Shown here: positions 51,931 through 64,000 of the stretch, piece by piece | Position numbering within the stretch: position 1 is the first letter of the stretch | Layout of the letters: each line of letters opens with the position of its first letter | Source: Trichoplax adhaerens | Taxonomy: Eukaryota; Animalia; Placozoa | Length of the DNA stretch: 64,000 bases | Direction: 5' to 3' | Assembly (NCBI RefSeq): GCF_000150275.1 | Contig: NW_002060943.1 | Location: forward strand, 9,127,449 to 9,191,448 | The notes under the pieces: model-generated | The model's database searches: none | Told to the model about the DNA's origin: nothing | Seen by the model: the letters and a program-made list of their open reading frames with translations, nothing else | Program-made: the position numbers and the translations under genes

Positions 51931-54331
51931 TCAGTCTCTAAAAAAATCACTCAGAATAGCATGATAGGTGTGATATATATTATTTTCATATCATTATTAC
52001 TGTTTTTTAATGCGATTTCAAGCTCTGTAATTCATAAGAATGGCAAAATATGTAACTTAATGTATGCTAGCTTACCTTCTAACCGGATCACTTAAATTCT
52101 TTTCCATTTTTACGTTAAACTCTTTACAGGCTTCTAATTGTTGATCTACCTTACTTAATAGATCAGTAATACCATCGGACTGACTGTCGGAATATCCATA
52201 TTTCTTAGAATCTACCGACTTTTCGTGATGTTTGTTACATTCTTCTTTCTGGGAAGAAGTTTTATTTATGATGGCTTCATTTGGATTTTTATAGTCATAG
52301 TTGGCTTTGTTAATTGGTACTCTCAGTACCGCACCAATAACCAACCGATCTTGGGCCCATATTTTGTTATGCCGTCTTAGATTTTCGATCTAGGATATAT
52401 TATGAATATTGTAGATTTTATTTAGAACGGCTTGAATGAATATGGTTAACAAAGATCAGAATTGTATATTAAGAATTATACGTTGAAAGATTGAAAGACT
52501 TTAAAGAGAATGAAGATGAGGATTCCGTCTGTAATACTCGTATAGGAAATATTGTTTTAAAAATATTTTACGATGAGCTATGTTATGGTTTAATATTCAT
52601 TCAAGATTTACGCGGTATATATTACTTTATTATGACACATTCTTGCATTTTATAGTCAATACATGTATATCATGGCATTCCAAGTATGGGATTTGCTAGT
52701 TCAGGAAATTCGGATTTTGGGACTAAACTTGGGTCTTTAAGCGAGATATGCGTAGTTGTTTGCCGCAAGATGTAATGTATTGACTGATATCGTCAGTTTC
52801 ATCCAGTTACGCTTGAAGATGCTTGTCTACTGCATCATGACGTTCGAGACGTAGCAGTAATCGATTTCGCCTTAGAATCAAACCTTGAATGCGGCAATTA
52901 TAGTAAGATCACAAATACCGTCCAGTTTTTACTGTCATCATACAGAAAGTAAATTAGTTCAGTCTACATATTTTAACCAGATGATCGAACATATGCAGCT
53001 TTCGAGCCAATGGATACGATCAGATAGCGACATACTGGTAACGGATAAAACAGGGAAATGGGAATATGTATACACTGTACAGTAGTGTTCTACAGAAATG
53101 TAAGAGATTTCTGGGTTGGATAGCAAAATAAGCGCTACGGTTCAATTGCTGTACACATCTTCGTATTATTACAGCAGATTTTTAAAGTTTATCGTTACCT
53201 ACTTATAGCATAGTATGTTATAGTATTGATTTTTACCTTATTTTTATCTTCCTATAGTCAGTATACAGTACAGTATAGTAATTTCCATATGTGATAATAA
53301 CGTATATAAACAGTTGAGACTTCAGGATCGAGCAGAGATTTACACGGCAATCAGCCCCAAATTTTTGTTGCTTTTAAGTAATGATATCCGTATACTATAA
53401 CTGTACAATAATTGGCTAACACCGCATTTCTAGATTAGAAATAATGGAACTCACTGAGGAGTGTAATACCAGATAGTTGATCTATTCGAATTTGAACTGG
53501 AGATTTAGTAGTGAAATAGAAAGTAATTGGTGAACTTTCAATACGTTACGTATTCGATGTGATCTGTCACCTTTGGGCGACAAGTCAAGAAATACCAGAA
53601 AACTGTGATATCTATGGACAGGTGCTTGGTTGTATATCAGTACATTAAAAGTTTGATGATCCATTGATTGGGTTATTTACCCCATAATACGGCTAGGTAC
53701 TACTCTGTTGTATCGTATCTTCAGGTGGTTGATTGGTAATTTCGTTTGTCAATTATCGCCCAAAACTGCGTCACAATTAATTGATTACCGTAGAAAAAAA
53801 AAACTGCTCGTCCTGATTGGTAGTAAGAATAGAATTCATTGATAAAACTGTATCTCTTTTTCTACGTGTATGTAAGCTTGTACGACTGCAGCTCAAAATT
53901 GCTGGCATCGTCAACGGTCGATTGCATTGCCATCATCGACGCCTAACGAAATTCTCCAATAGATAGTTAGCTCTACAACACTGTAGACCAACGTTTTGGA
54001 TCAATGGATGTCATTCAACGTATTGATATTTACGGGATTACTAATGCATTATTGTAATCATAATCATTTTGGGGGTCAATTAAAGAATTCAATATCATTT
54101 TCAATGAACATATTACTGTATTCTTTATGATCTATATCCTACCGTAGCGCCATATCGTAAAGCGATTCCTTGTAGTGTATCGTACTTGGAGATGGTATGT
54201 TGAACTATGACAGTCGATTGATTGGACTCCTGACTTGAAGTGCTACCGTAACATGTCCTCCTAGATCCGTTTGCCAATGCTAACGATGTTTGCTCTGAAG
54301 CGCTAATTTGTGATGTGGTTAACCCATCCAT
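51931..54331 (-). CDS. LYSMD2: LysM domain protein, LYSMD1/LYSMD2-like; last exon uncertain
   Basis: RRTCYGST motif, LysM domain HTISKYDTLQGIALRYGAT|IENLRRHNKIWAQDRL...LRVPI, and a C-terminal coiled segment ITDLLSKVDQQL. No TM segment, unlike LYSMD3/4. The best acceptor (TTTTTTTAG at 51938) gives ...DPVRRD*. Confidence 0.8.
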
Positions 54332-54859
54332 GTCATAGTTGCCTTTCTCAGTAACAATTTTAGTTCAAGGAAAGCACCATCATTATGTCATCATCTCCAA
54401 TCGGAAATTTCGCCAGGACTAAGACTCTTGGCTGTTTTTTATCGAGTGTATGTACAGTATAATCTTGTGATTGAATTGTGACTCCAGTCTGGTCCGGCGC
54501 GGTACGGTACAGTACGGTAAGGCGTGGTCGCCCACCGTAACCATGATTACTATAGAAAATGTATCTTCAGAACTGCACCGGTCCGGTATTAGCTCAATGC
54601 ATTCAGACCAGTGCTCATATAGTACAGTACAATCTTATAGTTGATTGTTGAATGCTTTATTAGTGGGGCTATTACTTTCTTTCTTTCTTTCTTTCTTCTC
54701 TAGTCACATAGTAGGACAGAACGTCATATCCGGCACTCCAGTACTGTACTGTACAAGCAGTGTTTTAGACTACATCAAGGCCATGGTCTACACAAATAAC
54801 AGAATAGAAAACCAGACCCTGGTACTGCATCCAATTCCTCTGTAGGTGTTAGTCATGGC

Positions 54860-55152
54860 TGCTACTCCCTAGTACAGTGTACAGTGTACAGTGTACAGTA
54901 CTAGGGAGTCAACTGCAACTACAGTATAAAACAAATTTCCAAGTTGCACGATACATCGTACTGTAGTCTACCATACATACTGTAGCATTGTACTGTAAGG
55001 TTGTACAGTACAAGACTGTATGTTCAGCACTGCACCATACAGTACTGAACAGTACATACTGTACTGCACCCTTGAACGGTGCAGTACTGAAATGTACCGT
55101 ACAACCGCACAGTACTGTACACTGTACACTGTACACTGTACAGTACTGTACG
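54860..55152. repeat. CAGTA/CAGTGTA array in the LYSMD-WDR61 divergent promoter
   Basis: (ACAGTGT)n at 54874-54898 and (ACTGTAC)n at 55114-55141; the array ends about 45 bp before the WDR61 ATG. Confidence 0.9.
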
Positions 55153-55196
55153 CTGAATAGCGCCCATCTTCAACTCCAAAGCAAAGTCGAGGAGAA

Positions 55197-58083
55197 ATGG
55201 CTGCCACGGTCGGTATTAATTCCAAGCTTACATTATATTTACATAACGAATATGCCCTCTGTAATATAGCTTACACGTATTTTACAGCAGTACTATTCCG
55301 GACAGATGTTTCGAAAATACGCGCACACTTTACCTTTAAATTAGTTATTTAGGCTCATACATGAAATACTAGAATATTTCTTTCTTTCTCTTTCGTACCA
55401 GTATGATTATAACAGCTTAGCACCATCACTGGTCCATCAGGCTATACAACTTGTTACTTCTCTTGACAGTCCGCCTTATTAAAGTAGACTACTGTACGTT
55501 CATAATTTTTATCCAGAGAAAAAGTGATTGCCTGTTATAGCAGTAATTGTATTAAACTATGCCCATTTGACCGGACTCTTGTTAGGAAAGGATTTCATTT
55601 GCACTAATGCCGATGAAAAAATCTTCTATATACACGTAAATCCTTGATGATCTTCATTGTATTTAGTTGTAGTCGTCAAAAATGTACATCCTACAGTATA
55701 CTATTTCCAGAATAATTTTTCATTTTTTACCATTGATTACTATCATCTATTTGGTACGATCACGCTAGTTTAAAAATAGTAAATAATCGATTACAGTACT
55801 GTGTGTTCGATCCTTGCCAATGTAAAAAGTCTGGACATGATAGCTCCATTAAAGCGTTAACTGTTCCATGATGGATCGATCATACGTGTGCAATCTTGAT
55901 GTATAATCAAATTACTAACTCAGATCATTTTCTTAATATTTTAGTATTCGCTATGTTATAAGAAGGAAAATGGTATGCTAAGAATATTCCTATTACTAAC
56001 TTTCGCAAAACTTTACCAAATTTACAATAAAACTTTCCTAAAAAGTCTAAAGTAGCTAATAAATGGCATGCTATGATTTAAATATTAGCTCATGAAGATA
56101 GCATTTGGACTGTGGCATGGGCGAGAAACGAAAAAGATCATTATGAGAATGTTGTCACTGGCTCCGTGGACGATAAAGTAAAGTGTTGGCGTTGGTAAGT
56201 TTTTCAAATATTGACTATGTATACGTTTTTGACACAACCAATGCTGCTAGGCTATTATGGGAAAGATTTTGCTCCTGTGTTGCAATGTTTCAATAAAACT
56301 TGATACATTGATGGAAACAGTTGCTAAACCGTGTTACCTTTTCTAGGCAAGATAATAAACTAGAGCTGCAATGGATCTTTGAAGGCCATCAACTTGGAGT
56401 AATTTCCGTGGATATTAACCAAGAAGGCTCATGTAAATTAGCTTACTACATGACTCCATAAGTTGTGCCTACAAGAATTAGTTGATATTTCTGTAATTAA
56501 CAATTTGGCTATATACATTTCGCTTTTATAGTAGCAGCAAGTAGTTCTTTAGATAGCCATATTCGAATTTGGGATCTAGAATTTGGTAAACAAATAAGAA
56601 GTATTGATGCTGGTGCAGGTATACTTTCAAGAATTAACGCAAATAACTAATGTTGATGTTACTATGAGATTACACTGATATTGGCACTCCGAAACTACTA
56701 AATTTGTTAAAAAGCATTAAATTATCTCTTAGTCGTGCTTGATTTGTAATTATTTTAGTGAAACAGCAATATTCGCCTTTATTTAATTACCTTAGTTGAT
56801 ACTTGGACATTAGCGTTCTCTCCGGATTCAAAATTTATTGCAACTGGTAGCCATTCTGGAGCAATTAACTTATATGCCGTGGAGAATGGAAATAAAGATA
56901 ATACTTTGGAAACTCATGGAAAATTTACAATGAGCGTAGCTTACGTAAGTGAAATCTCAAGATTTCGAGATTGTAACGGATTCTAATATCACCTGTACCA
57001 AGGGACGTTATCTAGATCTATATATGAAATGATAGCAATAATTTATAGAATAGGGTTCTTTAGTTTCATTAAGCCTCAGTATAAAGCCGTTATTGAATTT
57101 ATTGCTCACTCAAAATACAACTATTAATTACTGTATTTAATTGTCACCAGCCTTATCTGTTTATAGAATATTAAACAGGTTCTACTATATTATCAATAAA
57201 GTATCCCAAATAACTATTTCAGAGTCCTGACGGACGCTACCTAGCAAGTGGGGCTATCGATGGTATAGTAAATATTTTCGATCTTCAAACAGGAAAACTT
57301 GCACATAAACTTGAAGGTAACGATTTCGAAGATTTTACATATCTGTAATATGACCTCATCTTGTACTAGGCTGTTTTCGCCGTTAAGATAGCATTACTAA
57401 ATGATCATCTTAAGTAACGTTGTTTTACATTAATTTCTATTTGCTGATTATCTTTAAACAATCTGTAGGTCATGCTATGGCAGTTCGTAGTCTTCAGTTT
57501 TCATTTGATTCGCAGTATCTCGCTACGGCATCAGATGATACTCATATTAAGTTGTATGATATCCATCAGGCTGCCTTAGTAGCTACATTTTCTGGCCATT
57601 CATCGTGGGTCCTAAGTATAGATTTCAATCCAGATAATAAACAATTTGTTACTAGGTAAATGCGTGAATTTAGCCAAGAATGCTTGCTTCAATTTGTACT
57701 GTAATAGGATATAAATTTACATTCGCTTGAAAGTAACCGTGCTGTCTTTATTCTGATAAAAATTAAAAAAAAGTTCTAGTGATAAGACTGTTAAAGTCTG
57801 GGATCTGGGCAGGCGACAATGTATCCATACCTTTCATGATCATACCGATCAGGTAAATTACTTGATTATTCAATCTTTTCTGAAATCCTGTGCTGGAAGT
57901 ATTAATAGATAGACTGTTCATTGTTAAAGACATTACTTCTCCTTTACTATCTATAAGGTAACTTACAATAGCATCTTTATCATTCAGGTATGGTCTGCCG
58001 CGTACAATGACACTGGTAATAAGATTGTTTCCGTCTCTGATGACAAAAATATTCATATCTATGAGTGTCCTAGTAATGTATAG
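55197..58083 (+). CDS. WDR61: WD repeat protein 61 (SKI8; SKI and PAF1 complexes)
   Basis: MAAT|[20 protein letters not shown]...[103 protein letters not shown] and [16 protein letters not shown]. Confidence 0.95.
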
Positions 58084-58919
58084 TAAAATATCTGTTACAT
58101 TCGCTTACGATTATCACTTTAACATATGGTTATTACAAATTATTTGCAAGATATTAAAACTTTTCCCCTTGTACCTAGTTCATATTCTGTTACCGCAGGA
58201 TTTTGATTGTAAATTATTGATAGATGGCAAATTCTATCGTTTTATTTTTGTTAATTGTAATAGGGTAGTTTGAATAAAACCAAGCAGTAACTATAAATTA
58301 CTAATAATGACCTAGTTATAAAAATTCTTCTTGATATGGAGTAACGTGATTTTAAGCCAATGCAATGCAAAGTATTAATTGATTAGCTACAGTAAGTATT
58401 CCAGAAATAAGAAAGCTGTAACCTTGTAATTATACATATGATCAATTCAGGGCTAGCCAGTGCCAACACAGTACATTTTTCTATATTAATACTTACAAGG
58501 GCTCTCTGCTCACTATAGTTCATCATTTTTATTTCGTTATGAGCAGCATAAACGTGGATTTGAACTCATAACTAAATTCAGAGCTAACCTCAAAGTAAGA
58601 TGTGTTCATCTGGCATTTTAATAATGACATCAAGGATGATTTAATCTCCACTTACTATTTGTCACTCACTTAAAGCAAGTATAAGATATACTCTACTAAA
58701 TGACTACAATCCACCCGGTCTACAGTACAGCAAATTATAAAGATTTTGCACCGAGCATATTTAGTATAGCCTTTGCAGCGGCAGTAAGCTGATTAAGAAG
58801 TTAGCAATGCAATTTTATTTCGCCCAAAAGCCGTTGTACCAACTGCACAATTATAATAGGGCGGTTGCTATGATACCGTTCTCTTCGCATAACGCTTGGA
58901 AATTGTGATGGAGGGTTAG

Positions 58920-58943
58920 ATGAGTCCGCCACTGCGGACTCAT
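58920..58943. other. Perfect 10-bp stem, 4-nt loop hairpin between convergent WDR61 and APC 3' ends
   Basis: ATGAGTCCGC-CACT-GCGGACTCAT. Confidence 0.85.
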
Positions 58944-59978
58944 TGCCATTCAGAGAATTACACGAAGGTTTTAGTAGAAAATTGATACTGTACTTTATTG
59001 TAGATTAATTATTTTTTATTTGAGTACAATGTTGTAGTATCTGTAGAGCAGCGTGTAGGCTGTCGCACAGTAACGTAAGAAAATAAGAACACTGCGACTA
59101 TTGCAATTAGCAAAATCTGAGGTAGAAATCGGTAGTATTTATAGTATTAGAGATAGCATATAAGCGTACGCAGAGAGCAGCATTGTAGAAGTAGATACAA
59201 CGTATGCTATAGTAGTTGATATAACAGTAAAAACTGTAGAAAATAGCGAAGACTGTAAGTGCTATAAATAACGAAACATGACAAGCTATACTTGAATATG
59301 CAGTAGTACTGTACAATAAGACCGTAAAGGTATCTACTGCATATTTAAGAACAATATGAAATGCCTATATTTAAAATATGCTAGAGCATAAAAATAAATA
59401 AATAAAATAGTATAAGTAACAATTTCCTGAATAGTGTAATACATTTACAGTAGCATTGTAATCGTTTTAATAAATCTGAAAGTCTGACTGACTGTTTACC
59501 ATGTTATGATAACTCAATCGCCGATACGAATCGATGAATTAAATTCCGATACTTTCATCTAAATTTAAATTATACAGTATTATTAAGCTGTATCAGGGTT
59601 CTGTTTGTTAAATGTACATCAATTGAGTGTCTACTGAAGGAAAATGACTGTACTAGTGAATGCCAATCCATTCATTATTAATTTTTAGGGATTACCGGTC
59701 AATGTAAGCTTTTCAATAAAACGATTAATTACGCCACTGATAAATAACTGCCAGTGCTTTTTTATTGCTGTATAATTATCACTTTTAGTTTGACTCTTAA
59801 CTGAACCGCCCCACACCTAATTTTTTTAACCTACACATGACAAGTGAACAGTAAAAAATAATTATACATAAAATATAAAATAAATATTACAGTACTACGC
59901 TGTGCGTACGCTTATACAGTTAACGATAAATAGTAAAATTCGTAGCCATTATTGCCAGTTACAGTACTGCTCTGGCGG

Positions 59979-62829
59979 TTAGGCCTTAGATTCTCTATAC
60001 TTTACCGACTTCTGAGCTTTACATGAACTATTTCCTGAATTCTTTATTATTACACCATTTCTATGAGAACTATTTGTTATGACACTAATTTTTGAGCACG
60101 ATTCGCTATCGATCGCTCTATCAGTTACTGACGGAGAAGCTGAATAAATTTGAGCTAATTTATTAGGAGTTTCACATATACTCGTTTCAGTGATATCACT
60201 ATTGTTCTTTATATTAGGCTTGGCCGTTATCTGACTGTTCACCAAGCGGCTGCTTCTTGCTTGTAATTGATGATAAGATTCGGCGGTTTTCGCTGTACCA
60301 GTTACGGAGATGGATTGATTATTGCCATCAGGTTGTCTCATTCCTTCTTTACTTACAGAAACAAGTTGATTACAACTTTCATAATCACGTAATGATACCG
60401 ATGTGACGACAACCTTACGCTTCTCACAGCGAAAAGATCTATTATCTTTTAACTTTTTTCTATCAGCTCTTGCTAACATCAAGTTGTTTTGTATAGCATA
60501 AAATGCCTTTAGTAAATCCTTTCTGTTAAGGAAGTTTCTTTTACGTGCTAACATTAAACCATCCAATAACTTTATTATCCCTAAGTCAATTAGTCCATCT
60601 TGAATTTTTTTATCGTGTGCGGATAAGTTCCAGATTATTCCGGCGGTATTGACAACAATATCCAAATTGGAATGCAATAGCTGCTGCACTAATAATTTCA
60701 GGCAATTGCCTTTAAGTAATTTTTCACAATTTTCCGAGCTTTGTGTTAGATGTGTAGAAAGATTTCTCAGTAAGCCAGTTACGTATATAATTAGCTTTAC
60801 TTCGTTGCTACAAATCAGTGACATTATTAGGTCTATTCCGTTTACATAAGAAATTATCGTTTTTTTGCCCTCCTCATGTGCTGAAAAATTCCATAAAGCT
60901 GCCAGTAAACTTTTATGAGGGCTAGAGTCGGTAAGGCTTTTATTATTCAAGTATTCTAAAGCTTGTAAGAGGCTGGTCGCGATTCCAGCATCGTTTAGTG
61001 CTTGTCTCATGCAATCATTCGATCCTTTCGCTAAGTTACAGCAAACAGTAGCCGCTAAAGAGATCAGTTTTAAGTATTTACAGTTCAGTTGAGCTTTTAA
61101 GGCATTCAGAGCATGTTTCGATGTACAAAACTGCTCCTTACTCCATTGGTTCTTACATGTTAAGCTTATAGCGATCCTGTCGGCATACTAAGACGGTCAA
61201 TGATATAAGACAGGTGAGTCTAAAATTTAGTTACTAAACGATATTGTTCAGATAATAAAAATTAATTACTATCTTACCGAATATATAGTTCTATTAAGTT
61301 CAGGTGAAGCCATCTTTTCGTCGAAAGGATGCATTTCGAAAAGTTCCAAAATATAATAGCTAGCACCAAGCTGTCGCATTCGATTTACTTCATTATCTTG
61401 CTGCAGAAAACCGATTAATTGCTGTAGTGCCATTTTGGCTTTCATTCTACATTCATTTCTCGGTTCATATGGTTGTTCGCCTCGAAAGTGACGTAAAGCA
61501 TCACAATAAAGTCGTATTTGATCCAAATGACGAAGGATTTGCGAATCAATTAAGCATGATTCATCTGACCGTGACTGCAAGTTAATGATATAGTGTAAAG
61601 CCTGAGATACTTTATTTCGAATTACTTCTCTTTCATCTGGATCGTTGAAATAAATAAGAGCTTCAAAAATTAAATGGGACAATACAGTTTTTAGCATAGG
61701 AATCTCTGAACGGGAAAGGTTGCTTTTATCTGCCATTCTAAGCATATAATGTACTAATTTTTTACCATCATCATTGCCACGCATTTGCTTGCTAATAATT
61801 TCATCAGTACTAGTGCTAGTTTCATGGTTAGGTATTATTGAGAAGTCTCGTGTTTCACGCCGGCTGCGAACGAACGCTGTTGAAGTTTCATTTGTAGTCG
61901 TTTTTAAGTGTGTGATCGAATCTTCCGGAAAACAACTAGTAGTAATCTCCGCAATATTATCACCGTGTGTATCGATTCCAGATACAGCACGGAGTTTATG
62001 TTCTACTGATACGCTACTTAAATCTGAGACATAATTATCTGGCTTACTCGCGCTAGGATAGCGAAGATAGTGATCGTTTCCTGATAAATCTTGATCTTGA
62101 CTTGTGATATTAGTATCACTACTTTCTTGTAATTCTTTAGATTTCGAATGCAATTCATAATTCATGCACTTTCCATAATATGGATCATTTGATCCTGCAT
62201 GTCTGTGATTGCTATCCGTAATATTGTATTGCCAAACACTGCTATTGCTCCCATGCAAGGCAACATCGCTCAGAGTAGATGTAACGCGTGCTTTACCAGG
62301 CGGATATATTTCGTGGGAATATGTCGCGTTATAAGTTTCATTGCTACTGTAATTATCATTTCCATATAAACAAGTCGTATTTTTGAGGGGTAGTATATTC
62401 TTATTATCTTTACCATTACTTTGGTGGCATCCAGGGCAATAATTCCGATATTTGTATCGATTTCCCCCATCGATATAATTGAATGATCCTTCTACTTCTG
62501 CGTATATCTTCATTTGTTCCCTTTCGGTTGGATCTCCCGTTGCCAAGTGCCGTTTACCTATCGAATGTAATTCCTCCTAATTTTAAGAATCAATTAACAA
62601 ATCTAAATTAGTAAGATAAAGTTGATCTTAAAATATAACAGCTTTCAAGATAACAATCCTAAAACATTAAAATATACATATATGACGTATTCATATTTAT
62701 GAATTATGAGCAGAGTTGAAGTTGATATTACGTTAAGACCGTGATTTGTCTATACTAAGGTTGTTTGTTGATCGTAGAAAAAATTACCGATTGCAACGAA
62801 TCACTCTCCCACTCTTTTGCGTTTTGCAT
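59979..62829 (-). CDS. APC: Short APC-like armadillo-repeat protein
   Basis: Pre-ARM segment SQALHYII...QILRHLDQIRLYCDAL and ARM repeats KSLLAALWNFSAH, GLLRNLST and NCLKLLVQQLLHSNLDIVVNTAGIIWNLSAH resemble APC. Exons are 62789-62829, 61278-62576 and 59979-61187 (approximate). The start exon is moderately supported. Confidence 0.85.
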
Positions 62830-64000
62830 TGAGAATTTTTATTTCGCCTTCGGTTCTGCTACAAAAATTGAAAACGTTAGTACGATAGAGGTGTTCGCCC
62901 AGTGCTAATAGTACATACGTATAGTTTCATGCCGTTCAATTTTTAACGAAACATCAGATAGTTATTACAACAGGCGTTGTACTGTATTATAATTAGTCAG
63001 CTTCGGAAATCAGTTCTTTTTTTGATATGTGGAACTACCCTAGCACACTTTACATACTGTACAATAAGTAGTACAATGTTATTACGATTATAATTTTATA
63101 AGTATTTGAATTAAATTGTGCAATGCAAAATTGACAGGGTAGTTTGTCACATTGAGTTTATAATTGCCACAAGATCAAACTAAATACTCTTAGTCCAGTC
63201 ATTTTGGGATCGCAGTGAATTATACAGTATTACAGTATCAGCTGTAGCTCTTAAGTCAATGTACAAAGTTAAGTGTTTGTCTATCTATTTACGCAAATAC
63301 TTTATAAATTTACTTCTTGAAAGCTAACTGCACTGCATGCTCTCATACTGTTATTTTGAAGCAGATTCAATCTGATACCCGGTTTCTAGACAATTCTTAG
63401 GTGATAGGGGTACATACTGTGCAGTTTTTTTAAAGTACTCAACACAGGCTTGCAACTATCGAAATGTACAATGCAGTATTGTATGTGTTTGAGTTCTTCC
63501 AAGTCGAGGTTATCATACTCTGGTTTGTTCATATGTCAAATAAACAATAACATGGACTACTAAATAATCCAGCATTTAGTAGTCCATGGCAATATCAGGG
63601 ATTACTAGAATAGTATCCGTTTTGGCTTCGTAAAAGATTGCAACACTAGACCGGAAATTTCACCTCACAGTGTCAGTTGCTACAAGCAAGGCAGTACCAT
63701 CAACTTTCAATTTTTTTTCAACTTAGAAGTCCATGGTCGTACATTGCAATCAGTTAATTATAGATCAACTCTTCCCACTATCTCACGTAACAAACTCTGT
63801 TTATCGCATGATATTGCGATTGTATTACCGTAGAATATAGGGGAAAATATAGAAAAATGACACAGTTAAATACAAACATAATAAATAGTTATATTATTAT
63901 ACTATTATTACTCTGTAAATCTCGATTTTCTAAAGCTAGTTCAAAAACACAGTCGCTGATATAAATTAGGCACGAAGTAATTAATATTTCAAGGTATCAT

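Noticed and set aside
58920-58943. Iron-responsive element (minus-strand loop CAGUGG)
   Set aside because: No bulged C five pairs below the loop, and the sixth loop base is G.

Overview
AT-rich, gene-dense animal DNA with short introns and abundant CAGTA/TACTG pentamer arrays. The composition and gene set suggest a placozoan such as Trichoplax; this is an inference. Eight spliced genes were reconstructed by hand: (1) a minus-strand receptor with 4 Ig - 2 Sushi/CCP - 4 Ig - 6 FN3 - TM - tail, whose 4 Ig + 6 FN3 core is DCC/neogenin-like; (2) nitric oxide synthase; (3) tropomodulin; (4) PEMT; (5) TTC23-like TPR protein; (6) LYSMD1/2-like protein; (7) WDR61/SKI8; (8) a short APC-like armadillo protein. 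Two complex tandem repeats lie in divergent promoters. The most striking observation is three introns with U12-type (minor spliceosome) 5' sites and branch points (two in TTC23, one in the receptor). At a normal branch distance they keep the reading frame only when they end in AA (AT-AA). In both TTC23 introns a canonical AC or AG sits one base downstream but out of frame. Other highlights are the doubled-horseshoe receptor architecture, a NOS with a ~106-aa C-terminal tail and a Myc-like TPPLTP insert, and an APC apparently lacking recognisable beta-catenin/Axin-binding repeats. All exon structures are manual predictions without transcript support.
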